Shown: positions 11,477 to 23,311 of the stretch, one piece after another
How positions within the stretch are numbered: position 1 is the stretch's first letter
How the letters are laid out: each line of letters starts with the position of its first letter
Origin: Torpedo marmorata
Taxonomy: Eukaryota
NCBI GenBank assembly: GCA_977017645.1
Contig: OZ360222.1
Coordinates: 81,468,001 to 81,532,000, forward strand
Direction: 5' to 3'
DNA length: 64,000 nt
Position numbers and translations under genes: made by a program
The notes under the pieces: generated by a model
Databases searched by the model: none
Told to the model about the DNA's origin: nothing
Seen by the model: only the letters and a program-made list of their open reading frames with translations

Positions 11477-11843
11477 AATCAAGGAGGGCTCTCAGCACAA
11501 TAACCATTTCTTCAGATTAGGAGATAAAAACTGTACGCATTAAAGGTGTGGACTCACCATGGCCCTGTACAACTGCAGTTACGACTTCTCTGCTTCTATA
11601 TTCAAAACCCTCTTGCATCAGCTTTGTTCAGAAAGAAACCCAATCACTGTCCTCACTAGATTCCTCTCAGGCAGGATGAATGCATGCACCTCTCTTCAGA
11701 AATCACTGAAATCTCATTCCCAGCATCTTGTGGCAGTCTATGGTCACTATGTCTGCTTTACCTTCTTGTGTCCTGCATTCCTCTAACATTATCTGCTTAC
11801 CCCCGTTTCAGCATAAAATAGCAGTATCTGTGTTAGTCTAAAC

Positions 11844-11914
11844 CAGTGTTTCTCAACCTTTTAGGGATTACTTAAAGTGGTATGTGAGTGGGAAAAAAAA
11901 GTTGAGGACCACTA
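11844..11914. mobile_element. 71-bp hAT (Charlie-like) MITE
   Basis: TIRs CAGTGTTTCTCAAC / GTTGAGGACCACTA, with a perfect 8-bp TSD GTCTAAAC at 11836-11843 and 11915-11922. Confidence 0.88.
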
Positions 11915-13410
11915 GTCTAAACCTCACTATTGTATCACTGGTATGATCGCAAAGTTTCTCCTGGACATTCTCAATGCTGAAGAAGATTGCTGTAACCATA
12001 TCCCGCTACTGGCCCTGGCATGTCTTGTGTCTAGGACTCCTTGTCTCAGCCAACAGAACTCGACGTGAAGACCATCAAGCTCTCTCCCTTTGTCTTGGAG
12101 CCTCACCTCGCTCCATAGCAGCCTTAAGTGTGTTGCAGCTGTTTAGCTGGCATGGAGCATATTCCTTTTAGGGATGACGCTTTTCCCTACTTCCATTTGC
12201 ACTAAATTGTGTAATGTCCGATGGAGATCCTAATCTAATGAATGATTCTGGGCGCAAATTAGCATAGCACTATTTCTATTGGTCAATATCATACACTTTT
12301 GCAGGTGATCCAGTTTAGCAGTAGCACTTTCAACTGCACGTTTAGTGAACCAATAAAGGGTGAAATCCAATTTCTAGCACACATTCTTAACACAGCAACA
12401 ATTGATAACTCTATTTCAATTTCTGCTCTAATTCATGTTGATTTGCAGTCAAAGCCTGTAACTGTCAGTAACTCAAGAATAGTTTTCACACATCAGCACC
12501 AGAACAGTTAGAATTTTAAAATACTGCTTACTCCTCGTTTACAATGGAGAGCCATTTGGTAAAGTGGAGCTTACTGTTGCTCTGATTATAGGGATTTTTA
12601 ATCTCCATAAGGAGAGAATTTTAAATTCAAAAAAAGTCTATTTTTGAGTATTAAATATCATCAACAGAAGAAAATGTAGTTTAACTATGTTATTCCTAGA
12701 CTTTAGTCTTTGAAGTGTTTAAGAGCTTGTGCATTTTTAGTTTGTGCAGTCATCTCAAATTAAGGCTTTTGATTGTACTACAGCTACCAGTACCTGATGA
12801 ACAACTGGCAGAAACAAATCATATGCCCAACAGTTAACAGTGTTAAAGGAGCTCTATTTATCCATCATCACAGGGATACCAGTTCTTCATCCCAATGAAA
12901 CACATGTCAGAATATTTTTTTTTTAAATGTTAAAAAAATAATGACATGTAAATCTAGTATTGGTAGGAGGTTCCAGTGGACTCCCCGAGCATATCGAAAA
13001 TGATATGCTCAGTACAATTGGAGCTTCACTTCAGGAGTTTGAGATTCAAATAATCTGTGGTTACTTATTTGTTCTGATTTCACATCCTTTTCTTCCATCT
13101 GTTTTGTGAATCAGGTGCTAATCTCGATTCCGGATTTTTGCTGGCACTGTAGTGTGCACTCATTTCTGTTTTGTATCAATGTAGATATGCCAGTATAAAG
13201 GCAGCACTAATCTTTGAAATTCTGTCAATTACTTGAAATGCTCTCAAATGTTATTGGCGGTTCCCTCCTCATTTGAATGAATACAAATATATTGTAGAAT
13301 CTCTCAAGAAAAGCATACATTTTTATATCAAAACCGTATATATTGCATGTGGTAAGAGGAACGATAAGGTCCCTTAATTTGAGCTTCAGAAATAGTAATA
13401 GTATAGGCAT

Positions 13411-15935
13411 AAGTTCAAGTTCATTTGTCATCCAATTGTACAGGTACAACCCGACGAAACAGTGTTCTCTGGTCCATAGTGCAGAACAGTGCAAAACATG
13501 CATACAGACATAACACGCATACAGACGAACGATACATATACACAGTTAAAATCTATATTATTAATAAATAGTAGAGTCACGGAGAGTTGTTTTAGCAGTC
13601 ATTCAGCAGTCTCACTGCTTGTGGGAAGAAGCTGTTACTCAGCCTGCTGGTTTTGGCTCTGATACTTCTGTATCTTTTTCCCGACGGGAGTAGCTGGAAG
13701 ATGTTGGTGCAGGGTGGTAAGGGTCTTCCGTGCTTTTTTGAGCCCTCTTAAAACAACGATCCAGGTAAATCACATTCATGGGTGGGAAGGAGACCCCAGT
13801 GATCTTCTCTGCTGCTTTTATGGTCCTGTGGATTGACCTCCAATTTGATGCTCGACAGCAACCATACCACAGTGTGATGCAGCTGGCCAGGACACTCTCA
13901 ATAGAGCTCCTGTAGAAAGTTGACAGGATGGTGGCTGGTCGCCTTGCCCGCCTCAGCCTTCTAAGGAAGTGCAGTCGCTGTTGCAGCTTCCTGACAAGTG
14001 ATGAAATGTTGTGTGTCCAGCATAGGTCATTTCTTAAGTAGATTCCTAGGAACTTGGTGCTCTCCACTCTCTCTATTACCGAGCTATTAATGTGTAGTGG
14101 AGGGTGGTCGTCCCTGGTCCTCCTGAAGTCCAAAATTATCTCCATTGTCCACGTTGAGACTCAGGTTGTTATTCTCGCACCATTTCACAAGATTTTCCAC
14201 CTCTTCTCTGTTGTGCGACTTATCGTTGTTGCTGATGAGGCCAACCTCTGTCATGTCATCTGCAAACTTGATGACTCTGTTGGAGCTGGGTCTGGCGTTG
14301 CAGTCGTGGGTCAGTAATGTGAACAGAGCAGACTGAGCACACTGCCCTGAGGTGCGCCAGTGCTCAGCATGATGGTGCTCAACGTTCTGCTGCCAACCCG
14401 GACAGACTGCGGTCTTTCTGTTTGTCAGTCCAGAATCCAGTTACAGAGAGGGGAGTTGAGTCCCAGTGAGGACAGCTTCTCCACCAGCCTCTGGGGTATG
14501 ATCGTATTAAACGCCGAGCTGAAGTCAATGAACAGCAGTCTAGCCTATGAGGCATCGTTCTCCAGGTGGGTCAGGACAGAGTGGAGGGACAAGGCTATAG
14601 CAGCGTCAGTGGAATGGTGCAGTCTGTAGGCAAATTGAAATTGGTCAGTTTCTCTGGGAGGTGTACTTTGATACGTTCCATCACCAGACGTTCGTAGCAT
14701 TTCATAATGGTGGAGGTCAGTGCCACTGAGCGGTAGTCATTGAGGCCTGTTACAGTCGCCCTCTTTGGAATGATGATGGCTGCCTTGAATCCCACGGGGA
14801 CAATAGACTGCTGCAATGATACGTTGAAGATCTCCGTAAGGACCTCCGTCATTTGGTCGGCAGAGTCCTTCAGTACCCGGCCGGGTATGTTGTCTGGTTC
14901 CGCTGCCTTGCGTGGGCTCACCCTGGATAGGATTCTCCTCACCTCAGCTGCGGCTATGCAAGGGGCCTGTTCTTCAGGGCGAGATGGAGCTTTCTTTGGC
15001 ATCAGCCTGTTTTTCTCATCGAACCGTGCGTAGAAGAACTTCTGTCTCTCCGAAATGGAGGTGTCATTGTTGTTGACTCTTAAGGTTCTCTTGTGAACTG
15101 TTATTGTTTTGATACCTTTCCACATGCACCTCGTATCGCCGGCATCGCACAGCAGACTATGGATCCACTGTGCGTACCCACCCTTTGCCTTCCGGATTGC
15201 ACGGGAGAGTTCAGCCCTGGCTGATCTTAGTGCCAACTTGTCTCCTGACCTGAAGGCTGCATCTCGAGCTCTGAGAAGTTCATGGACCTCTGCGTTCAAG
15301 CATGGTTTCTGGTTAATGTGTTGCATTTGATCTCCGTGACATCCTCTATGAACTTGTTAATGTAGCCAGTCACTGAGCTCGTGTACTCATCGATGTTTAT
15401 GTAGCCGTTGTAGCTGGCCACCTCCCTGAAACCGCTCCATTCTATGGTCTCAAAGCAGTCCTGTAGCACTGCTGTGCCCCCCACCCCTCCCCCCCGGCCA
15501 TGTCCTGATCTCCCTGAAAAACTGATTTTGTTTGTTTTCCAGCGGTCTGTATGCCGGGGTTAGCAGGACGGATATGTCGTCCGAGTATCCAAGATGGGGG
15601 TGAAGGGCAGCCATGTACGCACCAGGAACATTGGTGTACACTCAATCTAGGGTGTTCTCTCCTCTGGTTGCGAAGTTGACATGTTGTTGAAACCATGATA
15701 GAACATTTTTCAGGTTGGCGTGGTTAAGTCGCCAGCTACAATCATGTAACGGTCAGGGAAAGACATCTAGGCTTCTCTGATGGCACCATAAAGCTCCTTC
15801 ATTGCAACACCCTCATTTGCCAAAGGCAGAACGTAAACTGGGGCAATCAAAGTGGCCATGAATTCCCCGAGCAGGTAGAAGGGTCTGCATTTCACATTAG
15901 GTACTTTATCTCTGCTGAAGCAGAAGCATTTACCA
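13411..15935 (-). mobile_element. Rex1/Babar LINE, 5'-truncated and decayed (APE C-terminal part, RT, C-terminal domain, 3'UTR)
   Basis: Minus-strand fragments: VKCRPFYL, YTNVPGAY...PHLGYSDD (APE), PRKAAEPDNIPGRVLK, NDYRSVALTSTIMKCYERLV, KFADD (~14251-14265), IILDFRR...KFLGI...QQRLHFLRRLRR. The 3' tail is ATGACAAATGAACTTGAACTT. Confidence 0.9.
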
Positions 15936-18504
15936 AATGGCTGCTGCTTTTGGCAGCGTTTGATTCCCTACAAGCCAAACAGGCATAACCAAATAGTTAA
16001 CTATAAATATTAATCCCTTTCAAGAAATTTAATTGACTGTTAATTTTGAAGATCACCACTAGAGTTCTCTTTGGTAATCACTGTGCATCATTGGAAACAA
16101 AATGGTTTACAGATTTATTGTAAATCTAGGAATTACAGAAAGTAGAATTAATCCTCCTTTCCCCCGTGGCTCACTGAAGTAATGGGCAATTTGGCATTTT
16201 TCTCAAGAAACAGACGATGCAAAGTCAATTTCTGTCCAAATGACTGGTTTAAACTCACAATCTGAAGATGTACCCAGAAATAGGAGAGTCGATTTGAGTT
16301 ACTGTTTCTTTATCTCATAATGGGAAAGTGCATAGTTATAAATATTGTGTGAGAATATCACAGGAGATGCCCATCATGAAAATAGTGGCTGACTGGCCCG
16401 TCATGTGAAAAGAGTGGACTTGAGTGAGGTATGGAAGAGCAGCAGGGCTCTGGTTGGGAATCAGCACCTTCAGGTGGAAAGAAAAAAAAATCAGAAAAGC
16501 ACACAATTAGAATTGTCAAATAAGAGTATTTGTATGGGTCGTGAAGTTCAAGCAATGCACAACCACCGTTGACAATTACAATTAGAAATGTGTGCAATGG
16601 CAGCATCCGTACTCTTTGGAAAATTGTAAAATCTTTTGTTTCAAGAGAGATAACTGTTTTTCATATCAATATGCATTCTTTCTTTGAAAGAATTATAAAA
16701 CGGTAAAATTCATTGTGTTCAAAATAGATATTTAGAAAACCATAAATTAATATTTGTATCAATATTGTATTTGCTGTTTATTCTGACATTGTCACAGGTT
16801 AGTAATATTACAAATCTTGATATATTCCAAAACTTTTGAAAATGCTTATTTTTAGACAATCTCTTCTTGTCCTGGTGTTTGAAATTCCATGCATTCTCCC
16901 TTGCATAAAATAGACCTGAAACACGAGAGGTTAAAGTTAGAGAATTCTGCAAGAAACTTTAATGGCATTTTCTTGTAGATCACTTATTCAGTGGGTGGGC
17001 CATGGGTGACTGCTTGAATGCTCAGTATTGTTCGGTTGTGAGTATTGAACTGACATGCTTTATGTGGGATTAACAGAGAAACCCTAGAATTTGAGTGTTG
17101 TTTATCATTTAAAAAGAATCAACTGTAGTAATCTTTATTATTGTGGGGAATTAGGGTTAATTTGGATTTGCTTGATCTTTTTCCAAAATTCTCTCATTCT
17201 CAATACTGCAGCGACTGTAATGCCAAAATGCTTCGTTTGTACATTGGCCCATTCAGTGTATATTGTTATGTGATGTAATCAGGCTCTGTGGTGTACACAT
17301 AAATGCCTGTTTAATATCGCAAGCCAAGTTGCAAAAATAGCTTTTGAATCAGGACTACAGTATGACTTTTTAAATTAGCTGTTAAACCTGAAGCTTGTTT
17401 TTCATAGCAGATACCTTTCATTCTGGTCGATTGAAACTGCTTGAGCTGTTTATACAGCAGTCTTTCTATATTTACCACATTCTGCAATGGATGCATTTAC
17501 TGAATTGAACTAGTAAAAAACTTACGGTGGCCAAACTAATCTCAGTCATTTTAGTTGTTATTTCACACGAAAAATTAAATAAAATGGGAAATTAGTTATA
17601 ATCCATGAGGTACTATTTATGTTTTTTTGTTTATTTCAACTGCTGATTGTTCTCTGTATTTTCCTGCTATAGCTATGTTGAAGAAGCTTCTGTGACAAAT
17701 ACATTAACAACTCAATGCTGGTAAGGTAAACAACTGTGGCTTTTCAATGAGCTGATGTAGTCCTCCCCTCTTATCTATATAAATTCTAAGAGGATAAAGT
17801 TCTTTTTAATATGTGTTTATCTATTTAAAAATGATTTGTTATGTAAATATTAATTGTTGACCAAATAATTATGGCTTTGAAACAAATTGTCTTTATATTT
17901 TAAAATTAACTTTAGATAAACTTTAAAATATTCTGGTAAATCCAAGTTACACCAAGAGTAAACTAACAAATTCAGAAATAATTAAATGGTCTATTTTATG
18001 GTCAGCCTGTCATGACATCATTTCCTCTTTGATGTGTGACCCATCAAGTTAAACATGAAATGCAAATGAAGGAATGTTTAGCTCCCAGTATTTTAAGAGT
18101 TCATGGTGCACCTTTCAAACCTGTTCCACCTTTCTTAGTCATGACCAAATCTCTATTGACAATACAAACATTGGATGACATTCGGAAGGCTCTTGATTAT
18201 TGCCCTAAAGGTTGGACAAAGGTACCAAGTTAGTTCTAACATATAGTGCCAAAGAATGAGGGCATTACTACACACTTGAGGTCACTCCGTAAACTAGAGG
18301 GAATAGATTGACAATTGCAACAACAACTTGGAGCCAGTGTAATTCTTTTGCCCAAAAGATGCAATTATTTCTTCAAAGAAAAAAAAATTCTTGCTGAAAC
18401 TGGATCCTAGGCAATAGTTTATCATATCAGCAGGCAATAGACAGAAAGAGGAAATTATTATGGGCATATTTTTGTGCCTGGACTTGGTGTTATAAATGAA
18501 ATGT

Positions 18505-18590
18505 TTTTCTGTCCACAGATGCTGCCTGACCTGCTGAATATTTTCAGCTTTTTTCTCTTTTTATTTCAGGTTTCCAGTATCTGTAGTTAC
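18505..18590 (+). mobile_element. Penelope-like terminal-repeat tail fragment without a ribozyme core
   Basis: TCCACAGATGCTGCCTGACCTGCTGAATATTTTCAGC...ATTTCAGGTTTCCAGTATCTG matches the tails at 2240-2270 and 10005-10080. Confidence 0.6.
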
Positions 18591-18967
18591 TTTTTTGGTG
18601 ATAGAGATAGGTGAGGAAGGATGGGACAAGAAATATGGACTACTTTGCCAGAATCATCTTTTTCTGTGCTGTAAATTTTAAATTATCAATGTAATGTTGG
18701 GTCACCATCAATTGTATTGATCCATAAATGAATGCTCTATATTTGAAGACTAGCATATCCTTGAGAGAGCTATGTCTGTATTTTGTATATTTGTATGCAA
18801 TGTATTATAAAATTCCTCAGACTTTCAGACATTTATAATTATAATGTGCTATTTTGAGTTGAAAGTTGAAATCTGTACCCTCCTATCTTCGGAGCTAATT
18901 TCACACATAACTTAGATTCCCTTGCTTCAAGAAAATAAGTACAGTCGTGAATTGGTCAACTCAATTA

Positions 18968-19796
18968 CAGGTAGCCCTCAACTTACGACCTACGCGAGTT
19001 ACGTCCACCCGCACATATGACCGAAAGTTTTTTGTATTAAAAGTACTGTATATATGTTGAGATTCTTTATTACAGTATTTACTTGAAGTTCATAAAAATC
19101 GCATAATAAAGTGTGCGACGACGCTGAACACTCACAGCTTAACGCTGACTCAGCAGCATGTTTAAACTCATTAGAAGTAGTCATTGGACTCGAGCGTCGG
19201 GCAGGAGCGGCGGATCAATGAGGGATCAATGGCTGTCTTTGTTACCCATAACCCCCACGCAGCTGGAACTGCTCTGCCAGTGCCAGCGCTAGGGAAACAC
19301 AGAGCGGTTCCAGCTGCGTGGGGGTTTATGGGTAACAAAGACGGTTCAAGGCGACGGGAGCTCAGATGCCTGGGACTGGGTGGTAAGTCTGTGTTCTGGG
19401 CGTTGGGAGCTCGGATGGACAGGCGGTCCAGGCAAGGATCCACGGTCGAGGGCGTCGGGAGCTCGCATGGGTGGGCGGTTGTGGCGTCTGGAGCTCCGAT
19501 GAGTGAGTGGCTGGTACGTCGGGAGCTCGGATGGGCAGGCGGTCGGGGCGTTGGTAGCTCGGATAGGTGAGCTGTTCCATAAGGATGGGTTTCCCTTGAA
19601 TTAGCTAGGACCAGAATCCAAGTAAATACAACAACTAGAGCTGGAAACAAGGCTTTAAACTGAAAATAATGTTGATGGTGGTGGTGGTAGTGGGGGTGGT
19701 AGCAGATATGCGCGGCAGGATGAATCCGACTTACGACCAATCCGAGTTAGACCACTCCTTCGGTCCCAATTACGGTTGTAAGTCGAGGACTACCTA
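18968..19796. mobile_element. Tc1/mariner-superfamily (Tigger-like) non-autonomous DNA transposon
   Basis: TA TSD at 18966-18967 and 19797-19798. The 23-bp TIR CAGGTAGCCCTCAACTTACGACC matches the reverse complement of 19774-19796 at 19/23. Subterminal (C/G)TTACG repeats are present. Confidence 0.88.
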
Positions 19797-21376
19797 TATT
19801 GGTAGTTGCCACCTTACATAGATTTGTATTGTCAGACAAGTGAGGCCTTTGAATGTATAGTAATAAGAGGCCATAGAGAAAGAATATGCAGTAGCATTAG
19901 TATGAAGTAAGCAGCCATTTGAAACCACTTAAAACATCAGTGACTACATTAAAGCTACCCAAAAAATTGATTTTTATTTTGTACCAGGTGACTTAATAAA
20001 ACTTTATTTTCTGCTTTCCTTCTTTCCGCCTCACATTACAACTGTAAAAAGATTGTCATTTAATACATCCAAAAAAGTTGAAAAGGTTAATTGATTTCTC
20101 TAATAAATATACACAAGGTGATCCACATCGGAAACCATTGTTGTATTTTCTTCCATATTCCTTCCTCCATTAATGGGTGCTATATAGTCTCTCGATATAC
20201 ACCACACTCACCCAACCCACATTCTGTCAGCTGCTGTATATTTTGACAACTTCCATCTGACTGAATAACTTATTTTGCCTCAAACCATTGATCAATGCTA
20301 AAAATGACAAATTGACTACCATTTGTAGAGAATCGGGAGATACATAAAATGAATGAAATATTCAAACTAAGATATTTTTAGAATATTTTCTAAGCATGAA
20401 TTTATTTTTACTTTAGATAAACAAAATTCTGATTCATCAAGAGGAAATATGAAACATTTTAAAAGACAGATCGAGTCTATGCAAGTGTCAACACATCCAT
20501 TCTGTGTAAAAAAAAATAAACAGTAAATATAAAGGGCTTTCAATTCATCTCCCAACTATTGATGTTCCTCAACCACTTTGTGATCAATGATGGCATATTT
20601 TTATGCATCTCTGCCACTTTCTTAGCACTAAATCTTTGTTGTGGGCATTTTATTTCTCCTCCTTCCAAAGTCTAATCCTCCTTGTGAGTGCTATTTATCT
20701 GTTCTAGTGTCAGAAGGTGATACTTTTCAAAATTCTGAAATGATTGCTGTATTTGTGTGGGATTTTGTGAGAAATAAGTTAATCAAATACCAGACATATT
20801 TCTCAATATATTTGCATTTCTTGTAATATGTTTTGAAACCATACTCTGGTAAGACAACATTTGACCATGATATAATTTTTTTTAAAATCAGCAAGGACCA
20901 TTTATTAATACGTTTTTATAAATCTTTAAAGTCACTTCCAAAATGCAGTGCAGAATTCAGCTGAAAGCCAGCGGATTCTTCCTATTTTGATATAAATATT
21001 TTGCATTCCTTAGTACTTTCTCCATTTCACTTTTGATTTTGTAAATAGAAATTTTATTGGAGAGTAAATGTATTGTGATACTGTTTATTGTACAGTACAT
21101 GTTTTTTCAATTTGAATTATAAATATATTTTGAGACTGAAATTGCAACGTAGGATGAATAAATCATTTTAAAGTGCTTCCATAAATCTGGCAGATTCAAA
21201 CTAGTAGGATAAAGCAACCCTTCATTGTGGAAAGGTGGTGAAGAGTTATAGTAATTAACCCATTACTGCTATTGCATTTGAACATTTTGTCTTTAGTGTC
21301 TGTTAGCATGTCTAGTTGGTATTTAAACCATTGGGTTCAAAGTAGGCTGTTGTGTATTGTACATTTTCTTTATTTA

Positions 21377-21604
21377 AACAGGCCATTTCGGCTCACGAGC
21401 CCGTGCCGCCCAATTACACCCAATTGACCTACAACTCCCGGTACGTTTTGAACGGTGCGACAAAACCGGAGCCCCCGGGGAAAACCCACGCAGACACGGG
21501 GAGAACGTACAAACTCCTTACAGACAGCGCGGGATTCGAACCCCAGTCCCGATCGCTGGCGCTGTTACAGCGTCGCGCTAACCGCTACGATAACCATGCC
21601 ACCC
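21377..21604 (-). mobile_element. HE1-like V-SINE, near full length and young
   Basis: The minus strand has a tRNA-like head with an A-box region (GGTTATCGTAGCGG) and B box GGTTCGAATCC, then the V-domain and tail. Many CpGs are retained. Confidence 0.9.
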
Positions 21605-22366
21605 TTTTTTTCTTCTTTTTCTTGAACAGAACATGTTAATGTTCTTATGTTACATGTGTTGGAATAAGACGTTAAATTAATTTTATAAAACAACAGAAAA
21701 TATAACAAAATAGGAGTATACATTCCTAACAACGTAGAAAATAAGTTGTCAAAAAAGATTGTAGAAATGTTGCCAAACAGATGCAAAAGCATTAAAGGAT
21801 TAACTCCAGGGTCAAGGCTATTCATTTGCTAATATATTCATGCCGTTAATGATAGGACAGTTCACACTACTGACAACTAGAAGCAGAAAAGGGTTTAGTG
21901 CATTTATGTGTCTTGAGGTTTTAAGTCACAACTCGTGTATTTTGACATCCAAAAAAAATAATGTAATTTCAAAATACTGTCTTTTGAAAATGGTTTGACA
22001 TTTGGAAATTATGTACTAATCGGATTAAGATGCACAATGAATGAAAATTGGGTTTCAGTTTATTTCTGTAATTTCTGATTTTCAGGTTAAAATAAAAATA
22101 TGCACCATCATAGATTTCAGCCTAAAGTATTTAACAGTGAAGAGGAGACACTTAATCCCAGTGGATGGCAGTATGCAGCTTTTGTATGAAATCACTGTAA
22201 CTAAAACCGTAGATTGATTTGGAACATCTTACCTCATTTATGATGAGTATATTGCAATTTCGTTTTCAATATATTAAACACAATATGGTTTTTGCATACT
22301 TGGCCCTTAAATTTCTCAAGGACTGTGGTACCTACTAATTATCCCCCAATGACTCATTTTAAAATA

Positions 22367-23311
22367 CCGTATTTGACGGCATATAGGACCCACTGGCATA
22401 TAGGACCCCCCCCCATTTTTAGCGTGAGATTTCAGGAAAAATTGTTTTAGTGTATTTACCTTCACAGCAGCAACACGTCCTCCTGCCCGCCGCGTGCCGA
22501 GGCTCAGGCTGCTTCCCCCACACCGTCCAAACGGCGATTGATTAACAGGCGCGCCAGGACACGCAGGCGCGCGAGAGTGGGAGGGAGAGAAGCCAGGACA
22601 ACGGGCAGGGCCCAGGCCCACCGTCGCGGGGAGCAGATGATCAATCGCTTGCTTTTAGGGGAGCGCTGGGCCTCGGTGATCAGGCTCCACGCTGAGCCTT
22701 TGTTCGACGTGCACGGCCCCCTGAACAGATTGAATGAGGCACGGGGGCAGCTGGCAGTGAGCGAGCGGCCTGTTGAGCTGAGCTTGACAGGCCGCTCGCT
22801 CACTGCCACCCGCCCCCCGCGCCTCATTCAATTTGCTCAGGGGTTCGTGCTCGTCGAACAAAGCCTGATCATCGAGGCCCAGCACTCCCCTCAAAGCACT
22901 GTGGGAGAGAGCGAGCGGGAGGGAGGGAGAGGGAGGGCGTGAGCGGAAGCGAGCGGGCGGGCGGGCAGGAACGAGGGAGACAGCGAGCCTTCATACCTGC
23001 AGAAGAGAGCGGAGGTGGCGGCGACGGCGACTCCGGAAAGCACGGGCCACCCAAGGGAAGGTGGTCCGCGAAGCTGCGGGCCCGCTTCCTGGACAGCCGC
23101 AGCACCTCCGCGGGCTTCTTGAAGCTGGGTGAGTAGTTTGAGCGCTTTCCTCCTGTCGGCATCTTGCGGATGAAACCCCCCACTTGGTGCCCAAAATGGC
23201 AGCACCTAAAATGGCGGCACCAAAATGTTACCTTCGTATATAAAACCCGGGGTGGTTTTTGAGGTGATTTTTGGGGGAAAAAAGGGGGGTCTTCTATGCC
23301 GTCAAATACGG
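22367..23311. mobile_element. Tc1/mariner-superfamily (Tc2/pogo-like) non-autonomous DNA transposon, CpG-rich
   Basis: TA TSD at 22365-22366 and 23312-23313. Perfect 17-bp TIR CCGTATTTGACGGCATA, extending imperfectly into (T/G)A(G/A)GACCC. Large internal palindrome. Confidence 0.9.

Noticed and set aside
13405-15988. AGGCATAA as the TSD of the Rex1 element (13405-13412 / 15981-15988)
   Set aside because: It is only 8 bp and lies ~45 bp beyond the last recognisable Rex1 homology, so it cannot be distinguished from chance.
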